DNA of 64,000 nt from Deltaproteobacteria bacterium (GTDB taxonomy: Bacteria; Desulfobacterota; Binatia; UBA9968; JAJDTQ01): positions 104-64,103 of the forward strand of contig JAPPNF010000051.1 of assembly GCA_028818755.1 (NCBI GenBank). The letters are read 5' to 3'. Every line of letters begins with the position of its first letter. The first letter of the stretch is position 1. Both the position numbers and the translations under genes were made by a program. Positions 36,699-46,840 of this stretch are shown here, piece after piece. Under the pieces are notes generated by a model. The model made no database searches, was not told the DNA's origin, and saw only the letters and a program-made list of their open reading frames with translations.

Positions 36699-38411
36699 AT
36701 GTCTAAACTGCTCAGATTGATGCTTGCGGCAGCTGTCCTGACGGTGTTCGTTACCGCCGCCGCGGCCGCGCAACGCGGCGCCGACGGCGAGCTCAGGATG
36801 CTCTACTGGCAGGCGCCGTCGGTCCTGAACCCGTTCCTCTCCGGGGGGACCAAGGACATCCACGCCGCGGCGTTCGTCATCGAGCCGCTGGCGCGCTACG
36901 ACGACGACGCCAACATGGTCCCGGCGCTGGCGGCGGAGATACCCACCGTCGAGAACGGCGGGGTGGCCGCCGACCTCAAGTCCGTCACCTGGAAGCTCCG
37001 GAAAGGCGTGACCTGGTCCGACGGGACGCCGTTCACCGCCGCCGACGTCGCCTTCACGGCGACCTACTGCATGCACCCGGACGGAGGCTGCAACGCCGCG
37101 CCCCGGTTCGAGAATGTGGCCGCGGTGGAGGCGGTGGACGACCACACCGTGCGGATCTCCTTCAAGGTCGCGATGCCGTTCCCCTACGGGCCGTTCGTGG
37201 GCTCCACCTGCCCGGTGATCCAGAAGAAGCAGTTCGAGGGCTGCCTGGGAGCCAAGGCACCCGAATGTACCCAACAGAACTTCGGCCCCATCGGCACCGG
37301 CGCCTTCAAGGTGAAGGAGTTCCGGCCCAACGACGTGGTGCGCTACGAGATGAACGAGCGCTACCGCAACCCCGACCAGCCGGCCTTCGCCTCGGTCCTG
37401 GTGAAGGGCGGCGGCGACGCCGTGTCGGCGGCCCGGGCGGTGCTGGAAACCGGCGAGTTCGACTACGCCTGGAACCTCCAGGTGGAGCCCGAGATCCTCG
37501 CCGCCATGGAAAAGGCGGGCAAGGGCAAGGTGGTGTCGGCCTTCGGCACCCTGGTGGAGCGGCTGATCGTGCAGCTCGCCAATCCCGATCCCGCCCTGGG
37601 CGACAAGCGGTCCACCTACCAGGACGGCAAGAACCCCCATCCCTTCCTCTCGGATCCGGCGGTGCGGCGCGCGTTGTCCCTGGCCATCGACCGCAACATC
37701 CTGGTGGAGGCCGGCTACGGCCAGGCGGGCCGGGTGACCTGCAACGTCCTGCCGGCGCCGCCGGTCTACGCCTCCACGGCCAACGACTGGTGCAAGACCC
37801 AGGACGTCGCCGCCGCCAACAAGCTGCTGGACGAAGCCGGCTGGGTGCGCGGAGCCGACGGCATCCGCGCCAAGAACGGGGTACGCCTCTCGATCCTCTA
37901 CCAGACCTCCACCAATTCCGTGCGCCAGGGCACCCAGGCGCTGATCAAGCAGATGTGGCGGCAGATCGGCGTCGAGACCGAGCTCAAGAACATCAGCGCG
38001 TCGGTGTTCTTCGGCAGCGACCCGGCGAGCCCGGACACCTACCAGAAGTTCTACGCCGACATCCAGATGTACGCCAACCAGTTCAACGGCACCGATCCCC
38101 AGGCCTACATGCAGGGATGGCTGTGCAAGGAGATCCCCGGGCCCGACAACCAGTGGATCGGCAACAACATGCCGCGCTACTGCGACGCGGAGTACGAGAA
38201 GCTCGCGGCGGAGTTGGCCAAGACCGCGGGCATCGAGAAGCGCGCGGCCATCGCCAGGCGCCTGAACGACATGCTGATGGACTATGGCGCGCTGATCCCG
38301 CTGATCCACCGCGGCGAGGTGGGCGCGCACGCGCTGTCCCTGGGCGGGGTCCAGATCAACGCCTGGGACGCGTTGCAGTGGAACATCCAGGAGTGGCACC
38401 GGCGGAAGTAG
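36699..38411 (+). CDS. ABC transporter substrate-binding protein, family 5 (peptide/nickel/opine type)
   Basis: ATG at 36699 is preceded by GAGGAGG. Signal peptide MSKLLRLMLAAAVLTVFVTAAAAA. SBP_bac_5-type sequence throughout. Confidence 0.8.
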   Translation: MSKLLRLMLAAAVLTVFVTAAAAAQRGADGELRMLYWQAPSVLNPFLSGGTKDIHAAAFVIEPLARYDDDANMVPALAAEIPTVENGGVAADLKSVTWKLRKGVTWSDGTPFTAADVAFTATYCMHPDGGCNAAPRFENVAAVEAVDDHTVRISFKVAMPFPYGPFVGSTCPVIQKKQFEGCLGAKAPECTQQNFGPIGTGAFKVKEFRPNDVVRYEMNERYRNPDQPAFASVLVKGGGDAVSAARAVLETGEFDYAWNLQVEPEILAAMEKAGKGKVVSAFGTLVERLIVQLANPDPALGDKRSTYQDGKNPHPFLSDPAVRRALSLAIDRNILVEAGYGQAGRVTCNVLPAPPVYASTANDWCKTQDVAAANKLLDEAGWVRGADGIRAKNGVRLSILYQTSTNSVRQGTQALIKQMWRQIGVETELKNISASVFFGSDPASPDTYQKFYADIQMYANQFNGTDPQAYMQGWLCKEIPGPDNQWIGNNMPRYCDAEYEKLAAELAKTAGIEKRAAIARRLNDMLMDYGALIPLIHRGEVGAHALSLGGVQINAWDALQWNIQEWHRRK

Positions 38412-38432
38412 AGTCCGCACGAGTGAGCGCCC

Positions 38433-39446
38433 ATGTCACGTTACGTGGCCAGACGCCTGCTCTTCGCGGTCCCGACGCTCCTGGTCATCAGCTTCATCGT
38501 TTTCGCGCTGCTGGACCTCGCCCCCAGTGACCCCACGGCCCAGCTTCCGCTGACTATCCCGCCCGAGACCCGGCAGGCCATCCGGGAGAGTCTGGGTCTC
38601 GGGCAGCCGTTCCACATCCGCTACCTCAAGTGGCTCGACCAGTTCCTGGTGAACGAGCCCCTCAACCTGCTGGAGCGGATGTGGGGCATCGAGATCGGCG
38701 ACTCCGCCGGCCGCCTGCGGGTGCGCTCCTGGGCGACCCGCGCGCCGGTGGTGGACCTGATCGCGTCGCGCCTGCCGCAGACCCTGACCGTTGTCGGCAT
38801 CTCCTACATCGTCGCCATCCTCATCGCGGTGCCGGTGGGCGTCTTCTCCGCCTGCCGGCAGTATTCGGTCTTCGACCAGGCGGGCACCTTCATCACCATG
38901 GTGGGGTTCTCGGTGCCGACCTTCTTCACCGGAACGGTCCTCATCGTGGTTTTCAGCGTATGGCTCGACTGGTTCCCGTCCATCTATGACACCACCCATC
39001 GGGTGACGGACCTGGAGAGCCTTCTTGTCCAGGTGCGCCAGATGGCGATGCCGGTGATGGTGCTGGGGCTCTTCAACGCGGCGCAGCTCAGCCGCTTCAC
39101 CCGCTCGTCGGTGCTGGAGAACCTGAACCAGGACTACGTGCGCACGGCCCGGGCCAAGGGGGTGGCCGAGCGCGGCGTCATTCTCGTCCACGTGCTGCGC
39201 AACAGCCTGATCCCGGTGGTGACGGTCATCGCCCTCGGGCTGCCCACGACCTTCGCCGGGGCCATCATCACCGAGCAGATCTTCCGCATCAACGGCGTCG
39301 GACAGTTGCTCATCGGCGCCATCGAAGGCGGCGACATCCCCACGGTCCAGACGGTGACCTTCATCTTCGCGGTGCTGATCGTGATGTTCAATCTCGTGGC
39401 GGACGTGCTCTACGGCGTGCTGGATCCGAGGATTCGCTATGATTGA
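38433..39446 (+). CDS. ABC transporter permease (DppB/OppB-like)
   Basis: MSRYVARRLLFAVPTLLVISFIVFALL... and EAA-type loop ...DYVRTARAKGVAERGVILVHVLRNSLIPVV. Confidence 0.85.
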   Translation: MSRYVARRLLFAVPTLLVISFIVFALLDLAPSDPTAQLPLTIPPETRQAIRESLGLGQPFHIRYLKWLDQFLVNEPLNLLERMWGIEIGDSAGRLRVRSWATRAPVVDLIASRLPQTLTVVGISYIVAILIAVPVGVFSACRQYSVFDQAGTFITMVGFSVPTFFTGTVLIVVFSVWLDWFPSIYDTTHRVTDLESLLVQVRQMAMPVMVLGLFNAAQLSRFTRSSVLENLNQDYVRTARAKGVAERGVILVHVLRNSLIPVVTVIALGLPTTFAGAIITEQIFRINGVGQLLIGAIEGGDIPTVQTVTFIFAVLIVMFNLVADVLYGVLDPRIRYD

Positions 39447-40356
39447 CGGCTCCACGGATCCCGCGCCCCATGGGCCGCGACACCGCCCTCCCGCCCAGGG
39501 CGTGTGGCAGCAGTTCCGGCGCCACAAGGGCGCGGTGGCCGGCGCCGCCGTGTTCACGCTGACGGCGCTGGGGGTGTTGCTCGGCGACGCGATCTACGGC
39601 GTCGATCCCCAGTATCTCGACTACCTGTCCCGCAACCAGGGCATCTCGCTGGCGCATCCCATGGGCACCGACAACCTCGGCCGCGACACGCTGGCGCGGG
39701 TGCTGGCGGGCGGGCAGATCTCCCTGGCCGTGGGGGTCGCCGCCATGGTGCTTTCTCTGACCCTCGGCACCTTCGTCGGCGTCATGGCCGGTTTCTTCCG
39801 CCGGCTCGACGGTCCGTTCATGCGCTTCACCGACCTCTTCCTGGCGCTGCCGGTGCTGCCGCTGCTGCTGGTGGGCATCATGCTGTTCCGGGATCCGCTG
39901 CGCGCCGCCCTGGGACCCGAGGCCGGCATCTTCATCCTGATCGTGGCGGTCATCGGCCTGACGAGCTGGATGCAGACGGCTCGGCTCGTGCGCGGCGAGG
40001 TGCTGGCCGTCAAGGAGCGGGAGTTCGTCATCGCCGCCCGCGGCGTGGGCGCGGCCCCGCGCTACATCATCCTGCGCCACGTCCTGCCCAACGCCCTGAG
40101 CCCCATCACCGTCGCCGCCACCCTGGGCATCGCCAACGCCATCATCACCGAGAGCGCCCTGAGCTTCCTGGGCCTGGGCTTCCCTTCCGACTTCCCCACC
40201 TGGGGCCGTTTGCTCTTCGACGGCGTCCCGTTCCTGGAGATCGCCCCCGCGCGGGTCCTCTGGCCGGGGCTGGCCATTTCCCTTACTGTATTGAGCGTGA
40301 ACTACATGGGCGACGGGCTGAGAGACGCGCTGGACCCGCGCGTCCGGCGGCACTGA
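39439..40356 (+). CDS. ABC transporter permease (DppC/OppC-like)
   Basis: ...HPMGTDNLGRDTLARVLAGG...REFVIAARGVGAAPRYIILRHVLPNALSPI... Overlaps the upstream permease gene by 8 nt. Confidence 0.85.
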   Translation: MIDGSTDPAPHGPRHRPPAQGVWQQFRRHKGAVAGAAVFTLTALGVLLGDAIYGVDPQYLDYLSRNQGISLAHPMGTDNLGRDTLARVLAGGQISLAVGVAAMVLSLTLGTFVGVMAGFFRRLDGPFMRFTDLFLALPVLPLLLVGIMLFRDPLRAALGPEAGIFILIVAVIGLTSWMQTARLVRGEVLAVKEREFVIAARGVGAAPRYIILRHVLPNALSPITVAATLGIANAIITESALSFLGLGFPSDFPTWGRLLFDGVPFLEIAPARVLWPGLAISLTVLSVNYMGDGLRDALDPRVRRH

Positions 40357-40360
40357 GCGA

Positions 40361-40497
40361 GGAGTCTGTCAGTAGCCGGACACAGCGTCGTAGGTCGGAT
40401 TAGCGAAGCGTAATCCGACACAGGACCGTGCAGAGTCGGGTTACGCCTTCGGCTAACGCGACCTACTGGCTGCGGTTCGAATACTCGGACAGACTCC
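40361..40497. repeat. Second type of nested palindromic intergenic element
   Basis: Outer inverted repeat GGAGTCTGTC (40361-40370) / GACAGACTCC (40488-40497) encloses hairpins GTCGGATTAGCGAAGCGTAATCCGAC (40394-40419) and GTCGGGTTACGCCTTCGGCTAACGCGAC (40435-40462). Confidence 0.7.
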
Positions 40498-40651
40498 CAG
40501 GGACGGCTCCGATTTTCCGGCGGTCAATCGCATCGCCGCTTCGCCGGACCTGTTCGAGGCGGATCGGCCGGATGTGGCATGGTTGACCGGACGGCTCGGT
40601 CGGCGTTATGGGCACGGATCAGAGTCGGACCTGAACGGGGGGCGTGACGGC

Positions 40652-42331
40652 ATGGGCTACGAATTTGATCTCGGCGGCTATTCCCGGCCGACAGGCACGG
40701 ACAGCAGCGAAACGCAGCGGTGGTTCGACCGTGGGCTCCTGTGGCTCTACGGCTTCAACCGCGAGGAGGCGGTCAGTTGCTTCCGCGAGGCGCAGCGCGC
40801 CGACCCGAATTGCGCCATGGCTTGGTGGGGCGAGGCCTTTGCCGCCGGGCCGTTCATCAACCTCCCCTGGGATTGGCAGAGCGAGGAGGAGCGCCGGACC
40901 TCGCTGGCGACGTGCGTCGCCGCCGCCGATTCGGCAATGGCGCGGCGTGAGCGCGCCACCGCGGTGGAGCGCGCCCTCATCGAGGCGCTCCCGGTACGGT
41001 ACCAGCGCCGCACGGTGGTTCCGCTGGAGGAGTTCGCGGCGTGGGACGATGCGTTCGCCGCCGCCATGCGCGGTGTGTACCGCCGGTTCCCGGACGATTC
41101 GGACGTGGCCGTCCTGTTCGCCGAGGCGTTGATCACCCGCACGCCCTGGCAGCTCTGGGATCTCGATACGGGCAAGCCGGCGGAGGGCGCTGACAGCGTC
41201 GAGGCGCAGGAAGTGCTGGAAGCGGCCATGCGGCAACGGCGCGACCGCGGGCAGCCGCCCCATCCGGGCATGCTGCACATTTACATCCACGTGATGGAGA
41301 TGTCGCGGACGCCGGAATACGCCCTCGCCGCGGCCGACCAACTGCGCGGCCTGTCTCCCGACAACGGCCACCTCGACCACATGCCCACGCACATCTACTT
41401 CCAATGCGGCCGCCACGCCGACGCCCTGGAGGTAAGCCGGGAAGCGGCCACCGCCGACGGGAAGTACGCGCGGCACGCGGGCCCGTTCAACTTCTACACC
41501 ACCGCCCGCTGCCATCACCTCCATGCCATGATGAACGCCGGGATGCTGCTGGGGGACTACCGCGGCGCGGACGAGGCGGCGCGGAAGATCGATGAGGCCG
41601 TGACGCCGGAGCTGCTCCGCCAGGACCGCCCGACCCTGGTGCAGACCCTGGACTACTTCCGCTCCGGAACCATCCACGTGCCGGTACGGTTCGGGCGCTG
41701 GCACGAGATCGTCGACGTCCCCATGCCCCCTCACCCCGAGCTCTACGTGACCACGACCCTCATGGTCCACTACGCCAAGGGGGTCGCCCACGCCGCCCTC
41801 GGCGACTTCGAGGCGGCAGACAGGGAACGCTCACGCTTCGACGCCGGTTGCGCCGCCCTGCCCGAGGACCGCATCTACGCCAACGACACCGCGCGCAACG
41901 TCATGGCCGTGGCCCGGGAGATGCTCTACGGAGAGATCGCCTACCACCAGGGCCACCACGAGGCCGGCTTCGCCCACCTGCGAGAGGCCGTCCGTCTCAA
42001 CGACCACCTGCGCTACAGCGAGCCCTGGCCCTGGATGCATCCGCCCCGCCACGCCCTGGGCGCGCTATTGTTGGAGCAGGGACAACTGGAGGAGGCCGAG
42101 CAGGTCTACCGCGCCGACCTTGGCCTCGACGATGGCGTCAGGCGCTGCCTCCAGAACCGCGAGAATGTCTGGAGCCTGCACGGTTACCACGAATGCCTGC
42201 AACGCATGGGCCGCGACCGGGAGGCGGCATCGCTCGCGCCGTCGCTGGCCGCGGCCCTCGCCCGGAGCGACGTGGAGATCGCCTCGTCGTGCCATTGCCG
42301 GATGCGGGTGATCGCGCTTCGCGATCCTTGA
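40652..42331 (+). CDS. TPR-like repeat protein of unknown function
   Basis: MGYEFDLGGYSRP...WFDRGLLWLYGFNREEAVSCFREAQRADPNCAMAWWGEAF..., helical repeats throughout. Start taken at the ATG at 40652. Confidence 0.6.
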   Translation: MGYEFDLGGYSRPTGTDSSETQRWFDRGLLWLYGFNREEAVSCFREAQRADPNCAMAWWGEAFAAGPFINLPWDWQSEEERRTSLATCVAAADSAMARRERATAVERALIEALPVRYQRRTVVPLEEFAAWDDAFAAAMRGVYRRFPDDSDVAVLFAEALITRTPWQLWDLDTGKPAEGADSVEAQEVLEAAMRQRRDRGQPPHPGMLHIYIHVMEMSRTPEYALAAADQLRGLSPDNGHLDHMPTHIYFQCGRHADALEVSREAATADGKYARHAGPFNFYTTARCHHLHAMMNAGMLLGDYRGADEAARKIDEAVTPELLRQDRPTLVQTLDYFRSGTIHVPVRFGRWHEIVDVPMPPHPELYVTTTLMVHYAKGVAHAALGDFEAADRERSRFDAGCAALPEDRIYANDTARNVMAVAREMLYGEIAYHQGHHEAGFAHLREAVRLNDHLRYSEPWPWMHPPRHALGALLLEQGQLEEAEQVYRADLGLDDGVRRCLQNRENVWSLHGYHECLQRMGRDREAASLAPSLAAALARSDVEIASSCHCRMRVIALRDP

Positions 42332-42461
42332 TGCAGGTCACAGGTTCAATCGAGCGTCTGCATGGGGGAGACAGTGAGCAGAGGTCAGGGGATCGGCCTG
42401 CGCTTATGCGATTAGCCTGGTCTGCGGTCCAATAAGTGGAGGTGGACACGATTTTGGCGGT

Positions 42462-44570
42462 TCACTTGTGGTGCACGTCATGCTCGTCGTCCGAATCTCC
42501 ATCATATGCAGTTTGCCCTTGCCAGTCCTGAGCAAGAAGTGTCCAGTTTGCCTTACGTGAAACGGGCTTGCCTTCCTCATCGCTGCCTGTCCAAACGCCC
42601 CAGAAGTCTGGGTCATCGGACCGAGGTTGGTGTGATTTGGGCAGGTCGTTCATCTTCACAAGGACCGGGAGTTCCGAAGCCCAGCCGAGCAAAATCGCGC
42701 TCTGAGACGGGAGCGAAGGCAGCTCGCGCAGGAGTCCTCGAAGACTGTCCGGGAGTAGTGAGTGCACCAACTCTTGGTCACGGTCGTTGCTGATGCGGTG
42801 TAGCAGAAATGTATTACATTGAGACAGAACGGCGGCAGAGAGTTCAGATGGCCGTTGAGATGACAAGACTAACCCTAGTCCGAATTTACGCCCTTCGCGG
42901 GCGATGCGTTCGAAGACTTGGCAGCACACGGCCGCGGCGTCCTGATCTTCTACGTCGTTCCGGTAGCGTTTGATGAACGTGTGAGCCTCCTCCATCACGA
43001 GGACAGTGGGGAGCGCGACACCGTTCAGTTTCACGTAGCGCTGCAACGCCTCAAAGACCATGCGAGCGATGACGGCCGTAACGATGTGAACGACTTCCGT
43101 CGGGACAAGTGATAGATCGATCACAGAGACACAGCCGTCCCGTGCGTCGTCGGTTCCGATGTAGTCCCGCAGCCAACCATCCAGTGTTGTCTCGGTATCT
43201 TCCATGATCGGCATCATTCGGCCGTCCGTAAGTAATCCGCGGATTCTGACCAGCAGCGTTTCGATGTGTTCGGATACGTTAAGTATCTCTCCCGCCGCTT
43301 CGACACTGCGAAGTAACGACTTGCCCGTGAAGGGGCGAGGTGCATCCACATCCGAGGGCAGCACGTCTGATTCCGTGCCTCCGAAGGCGGAATGTGTCTC
43401 GCTCGCCGCGGCGAGTAGCCTCTGAACCTCCTGCTTAGTGAAGTCATGATGAACGTACTGTTGACGGCGAGGTGCACAGAGCGCCTCCAGCGTGTCCACC
43501 AGCACTCGCAGTCTATTCTCTTGGTCACCGGTGAAGGAGCCCAGGTCGGATTCCAGTCCTCCTTTCCATTTCTCCAGCTTCTCGAAGAATGACTTAGGTT
43601 TTGGAAAATTGCCCCACGGGCTACCAGCGTTTTCCTCAATGCGTATAGTCGTCACAAGCGTACGGAGGAAGCGTCGCATGTCATGGCTCGTGTCCTGTGC
43701 TGGTACATCGTGACCATCCCGAACCGAGCGAAGAGCGTACATAAGGGTGGGGCGCTGTGTTCTAACGGTTGCCTGCGTTAGTGAGCACCACTCCGCACTG
43801 TTCCAGAACCACAACGGTACTCTCAATGGGATCTCGCCGTCGCTTGGTTTCACTTTGAAGATACGTGCCGTAACCGAAGCGTCATCGCCGAACGCCCTTG
43901 AATATTCGCCGTTCGGGTCCAAGATGATGAACCGCGCATTAGGGAGGCCCGCAGAGCGGGCTTGTCTCGCCTGCTCAAGGCTCCAACGGATCAATCCTGC
44001 AACGGAACACGACTTTCCGCTCCCAGTGTTCCCAAGAACAGCGAGATGGCGCCCAAACAAGCGATTCGGGTCGACACGCACCGCGGCATCGCTAGCGAGC
44101 GGGCTCGTCCCGATCTTAACGTGGCGCCGTTGGCCCGACTCGACGATGGACCGAAGCTGGTTCTCAGTAGGCAACGCGACAGCCGCCCCTACCGATGGTA
44201 GCGCATCCGCACCTCGCTGGAAGACGAATTGCCCATCCACCGCCTGTCTTCGGAGCGTGCCGAGCGGGTTTAAACTCACCTTACGGAGCGGATAGGGCAA
44301 ATCCACGAGCCCGAAGTCCTGCATCCCACGTCGTTTCGGGAAGGCCGATCGCTCGATTGTCAACCACTCTACCTGACCGACAAGAAACGCCTCATCGACG
44401 GAGATCAAGAGGTAACCGTTAACTCTGGGGAATGGCCGAGGCCCGCCCGCGTTCAAGGCAATCGATTCGGGTGCCTCGATATCTAAAGCGACCTTAATCT
44501 CGTCTGGAGACACGAAATCCACCGTGCCAACGTGAAGATTCCCTGTCTGCTCAAAGGGGGACTGGCTCAT
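42462..44570 (-). CDS. herA: HerA-like (DUF87/FtsK-HerA superfamily) ATPase, partner of the SIR2 protein
   Basis: N-terminal barrel region, Walker A LAVLGNTGSGKSCS, Walker B TVLVMEEAHTFI, and GLGLVLSSQRPSELS...CNTFLLHRISNDRD. Confidence 0.85.
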   Translation of the reverse strand: MSQSPFEQTGNLHVGTVDFVSPDEIKVALDIEAPESIALNAGGPRPFPRVNGYLLISVDEAFLVGQVEWLTIERSAFPKRRGMQDFGLVDLPYPLRKVSLNPLGTLRRQAVDGQFVFQRGADALPSVGAAVALPTENQLRSIVESGQRRHVKIGTSPLASDAAVRVDPNRLFGRHLAVLGNTGSGKSCSVAGLIRWSLEQARQARSAGLPNARFIILDPNGEYSRAFGDDASVTARIFKVKPSDGEIPLRVPLWFWNSAEWCSLTQATVRTQRPTLMYALRSVRDGHDVPAQDTSHDMRRFLRTLVTTIRIEENAGSPWGNFPKPKSFFEKLEKWKGGLESDLGSFTGDQENRLRVLVDTLEALCAPRRQQYVHHDFTKQEVQRLLAAASETHSAFGGTESDVLPSDVDAPRPFTGKSLLRSVEAAGEILNVSEHIETLLVRIRGLLTDGRMMPIMEDTETTLDGWLRDYIGTDDARDGCVSVIDLSLVPTEVVHIVTAVIARMVFEALQRYVKLNGVALPTVLVMEEAHTFIKRYRNDVEDQDAAAVCCQVFERIAREGRKFGLGLVLSSQRPSELSAAVLSQCNTFLLHRISNDRDQELVHSLLPDSLRGLLRELPSLPSQSAILLGWASELPVLVKMNDLPKSHQPRSDDPDFWGVWTGSDEEGKPVSRKANWTLLAQDWQGQTAYDGDSDDEHDVHHK

Positions 44571-44573
44571 GAC

Positions 44574-46016
44574 CTAGAAACTCCGCTCGTCCGTTGAAGG
44601 GGCTGGGCTTGCATTCCCGTCGTTAACCTCCGTACCCCAACGTGCCTTTAGGAGTTCTGCCATACGGAGGGTCGTACGGTCGATTGCAGGTTTCGGCAGG
44701 TAGTTGTCGACGAGTGTAGGGAGGTCGCCAAGATGCCCACCGATCAAGAGTGTGATCTGGGAGTGTCGGGCCAGCCGGTTGTACATGCCCATGATGCGGT
44801 CGAGAGGATCGTCATAGGAGATGACCACCAAATGCGCTGAAGGGATCGTGAGCATGTCTTCGATCACTCGATTGATGTGCTCATCGCCGAAGCTGTAGCC
44901 GTAACAGAATAATGTGCTGTTCGGTCTGCAAATGGAGGCGGCGAAATCTCTAAACAACTCAACATAAGGGTAAGCGGCTGTCTCGCGGTCCTTGGCGGCA
45001 TTGGGATAGATCATAAGGCGCGTTGCATTGACGCCCTTCGCGCCGGCAGCGGCAAGGAAGGGTGCCGTGTCCGTAGCGCCAAACGGCAAGCCGATTCGGC
45101 GGATTGCACCGTCATAATCTAGCCAATCAACCGAGCCGTGCAGCTTGGTGAACCGCGCCACTCCTTCGAGATAGCGCGGTTCACCGCGGATACCAGGTGG
45201 GTTGTAGTGCAGATCCACGTCTAGCCGGGATGCACGAAAAACGGGCGCTAGAGTTCCCACGAAACGGTCGATAAAGCGGAGTCCGGCCGCATCCGCGCCT
45301 GCTTCGATGTATCGGTCGTAGTTCGTCGTAAAGAGTTGCAACCGTTCGCGGGTGCCAGAACGACTGCCGAAGCTCATAAGGAAGCTGACGAGGTAGTTAA
45401 AGGCTTCCTTGCGCTGTTCAGCAGGCGCCGAGATAAGGCTCCGTTCACCTGCAAGGATCGATTCCGCGAATAAGCCGAGTGCGGTGGTCAAGTCGGCTCG
45501 CAGGCTAGACGCTCGTTTGCTTGCGGCGGTATCGTCCGGATTGGCCGCTGCAATGATCTCCAGGCCACGAAGCAACTCACTCGCGGCGCGGACTTGGTCT
45601 TCAAAGTTGCCCTTTCCGCGACCGATTGCTTGCGCTATTCGCTCTACTTCCGTTTCAATCTCACGAGTCATCTCCCCAAATGGGAGTGGATCCATGCCGG
45701 GTAGTGGCTTCTTCGTCGATAGTCTGTGGACAGCGTGAATCAACCCTGAACCGACCAGCAAAGACAGGTGCTCGGATTGGAGCAGCGCGGTTAGCCACGG
45801 CTCGATTCGATGTCGTAGCTCCTTCGGCCCAAATGACTTATCGGCCTGTGCCCAGGTACAAGTTGAAGACTCGGAAAGTTTGAAGGAAGGCTCTGTACCT
45901 GACGGGTCCAGTGCGAAGTATACGGGGCGTATGTCGTCCCTGCATCTAATAATCTCCTCGTTCGTCCGTTGGTCCACCGCATCTACTTGATCGGTCACTG
46001 TTTTCCCCCATCCCAT
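44574..46016 (-). CDS. SIR2-like (SIR2_2) NADase-type protein of a SIR2-HerA defence pair
   Basis: LSLLVGSGL..., LFTTNYDRYIE, and FTKLHGSVDW are SIR2_2 signatures. The stop lies 3 nt before the herA start. Confidence 0.8.
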   Translation of the reverse strand: MGWGKTVTDQVDAVDQRTNEEIIRCRDDIRPVYFALDPSGTEPSFKLSESSTCTWAQADKSFGPKELRHRIEPWLTALLQSEHLSLLVGSGLIHAVHRLSTKKPLPGMDPLPFGEMTREIETEVERIAQAIGRGKGNFEDQVRAASELLRGLEIIAAANPDDTAASKRASSLRADLTTALGLFAESILAGERSLISAPAEQRKEAFNYLVSFLMSFGSRSGTRERLQLFTTNYDRYIEAGADAAGLRFIDRFVGTLAPVFRASRLDVDLHYNPPGIRGEPRYLEGVARFTKLHGSVDWLDYDGAIRRIGLPFGATDTAPFLAAAGAKGVNATRLMIYPNAAKDRETAAYPYVELFRDFAASICRPNSTLFCYGYSFGDEHINRVIEDMLTIPSAHLVVISYDDPLDRIMGMYNRLARHSQITLLIGGHLGDLPTLVDNYLPKPAIDRTTLRMAELLKARWGTEVNDGNASPAPSTDERSF

Positions 46017-46101
46017 CTAACCGCGTTGGTCATCTACTCGCCAAGGTGTTCGAGTATCTGTCGGAGCGATGTCACGCTACACATGCCTGTCACCAATCCA
46101 T

Positions 46102-46764
46102 TCAGAATGTAGGCACACGACGGGTCGACAACTTCTTGTCTTGGGCATACAGCCCGGTTTTTCCCTCCACCGTATGCCAGAATCGTTGGCCGTCGAAGGC
46201 TAGACACGCAGGGCGGAAAGGGACGTGGATGCGCTCGGCAACCTGCTCACGCACTGGGTCGTAGCGAAGAAATGCGTAAACTGCCTTGCGCTCATCACTC
46301 CAATCGCCGAGAGGTCCAGGGTCGCATTCAACGCACCAGAGTTCGTCGCGATACGAAGTGGGGCTGAAGATTTGGTGTTCCATACGGATGGTCCACAGGT
46401 TCCGGCCTCTCTCCGGGTCCACGCAAAAGAGCTTGCGGTTACGCCGGTGACTCAACCACAGCTTGCCGTTGACCACCGTCACACCGGACGCCACGCCGTC
46501 CGGGCAGTCGAACTGTCGTTGCACCCTTTTCGTTTCAGGACACCAAAGCAGCACTTGCTGTCCCAGCAGTCCGCCGCCCGCGATGAGCCACACTCCTTCG
46601 TTTGAAGGACAAGCGTACCGAACATCAGGAAGCGAAAGGACTTCCTCACACGACGCGCTTACTGGATCGTACGTGACAACAAGGGACTCGTCAGAGGACG
46701 CTAGCCACAGGCGGTCCGCATGCCATTGCATACCAGTGATGGAAAGTGACCGGATGTCAATCAA
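46102..46764 (-). CDS. Hypothetical protein with five beta-propeller-blade-like repeats (glutamine-cyclotransferase-like size and pattern)
   Basis: Repeats: HADRLWLASSDESLVVTYDP / NEGVWLIAGG...VLLWCPET / VNGKLWLSHRRNRKLFCVDPERG / RDELWCVEC...FLRYDPV / FDGQRFWHTVEGKTGLY. TTG start is uncertain. Confidence 0.45.
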   Translation of the reverse strand: MIDIRSLSITGMQWHADRLWLASSDESLVVTYDPVSASCEEVLSLPDVRYACPSNEGVWLIAGGGLLGQQVLLWCPETKRVQRQFDCPDGVASGVTVVNGKLWLSHRRNRKLFCVDPERGRNLWTIRMEHQIFSPTSYRDELWCVECDPGPLGDWSDERKAVYAFLRYDPVREQVAERIHVPFRPACLAFDGQRFWHTVEGKTGLYAQDKKLSTRRVPTF

Positions 46765-46840
46765 GGGAGTGCCAACAAAGAATAAGGGAACGGTGGCGTT
46801 ACTGCCGAACAGGCAGCCGAAGGGTTTTGGAGATTGTGCA

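Noticed and set aside
36678-38420. 580-aa minus-strand ORF opposite the ABC substrate-binding protein gene. Similar long antisense ORFs occur at 51305-52903, 56187-57797, 57794-59710, 16181-17413, 26247-27515 and 62409-63947.
   Set aside because: The products are Arg/Gly/Pro/His-rich and low-complexity with no motifs. Each lies exactly opposite a gene with clear family signatures. This is the usual high-GC shadow-ORF artefact.
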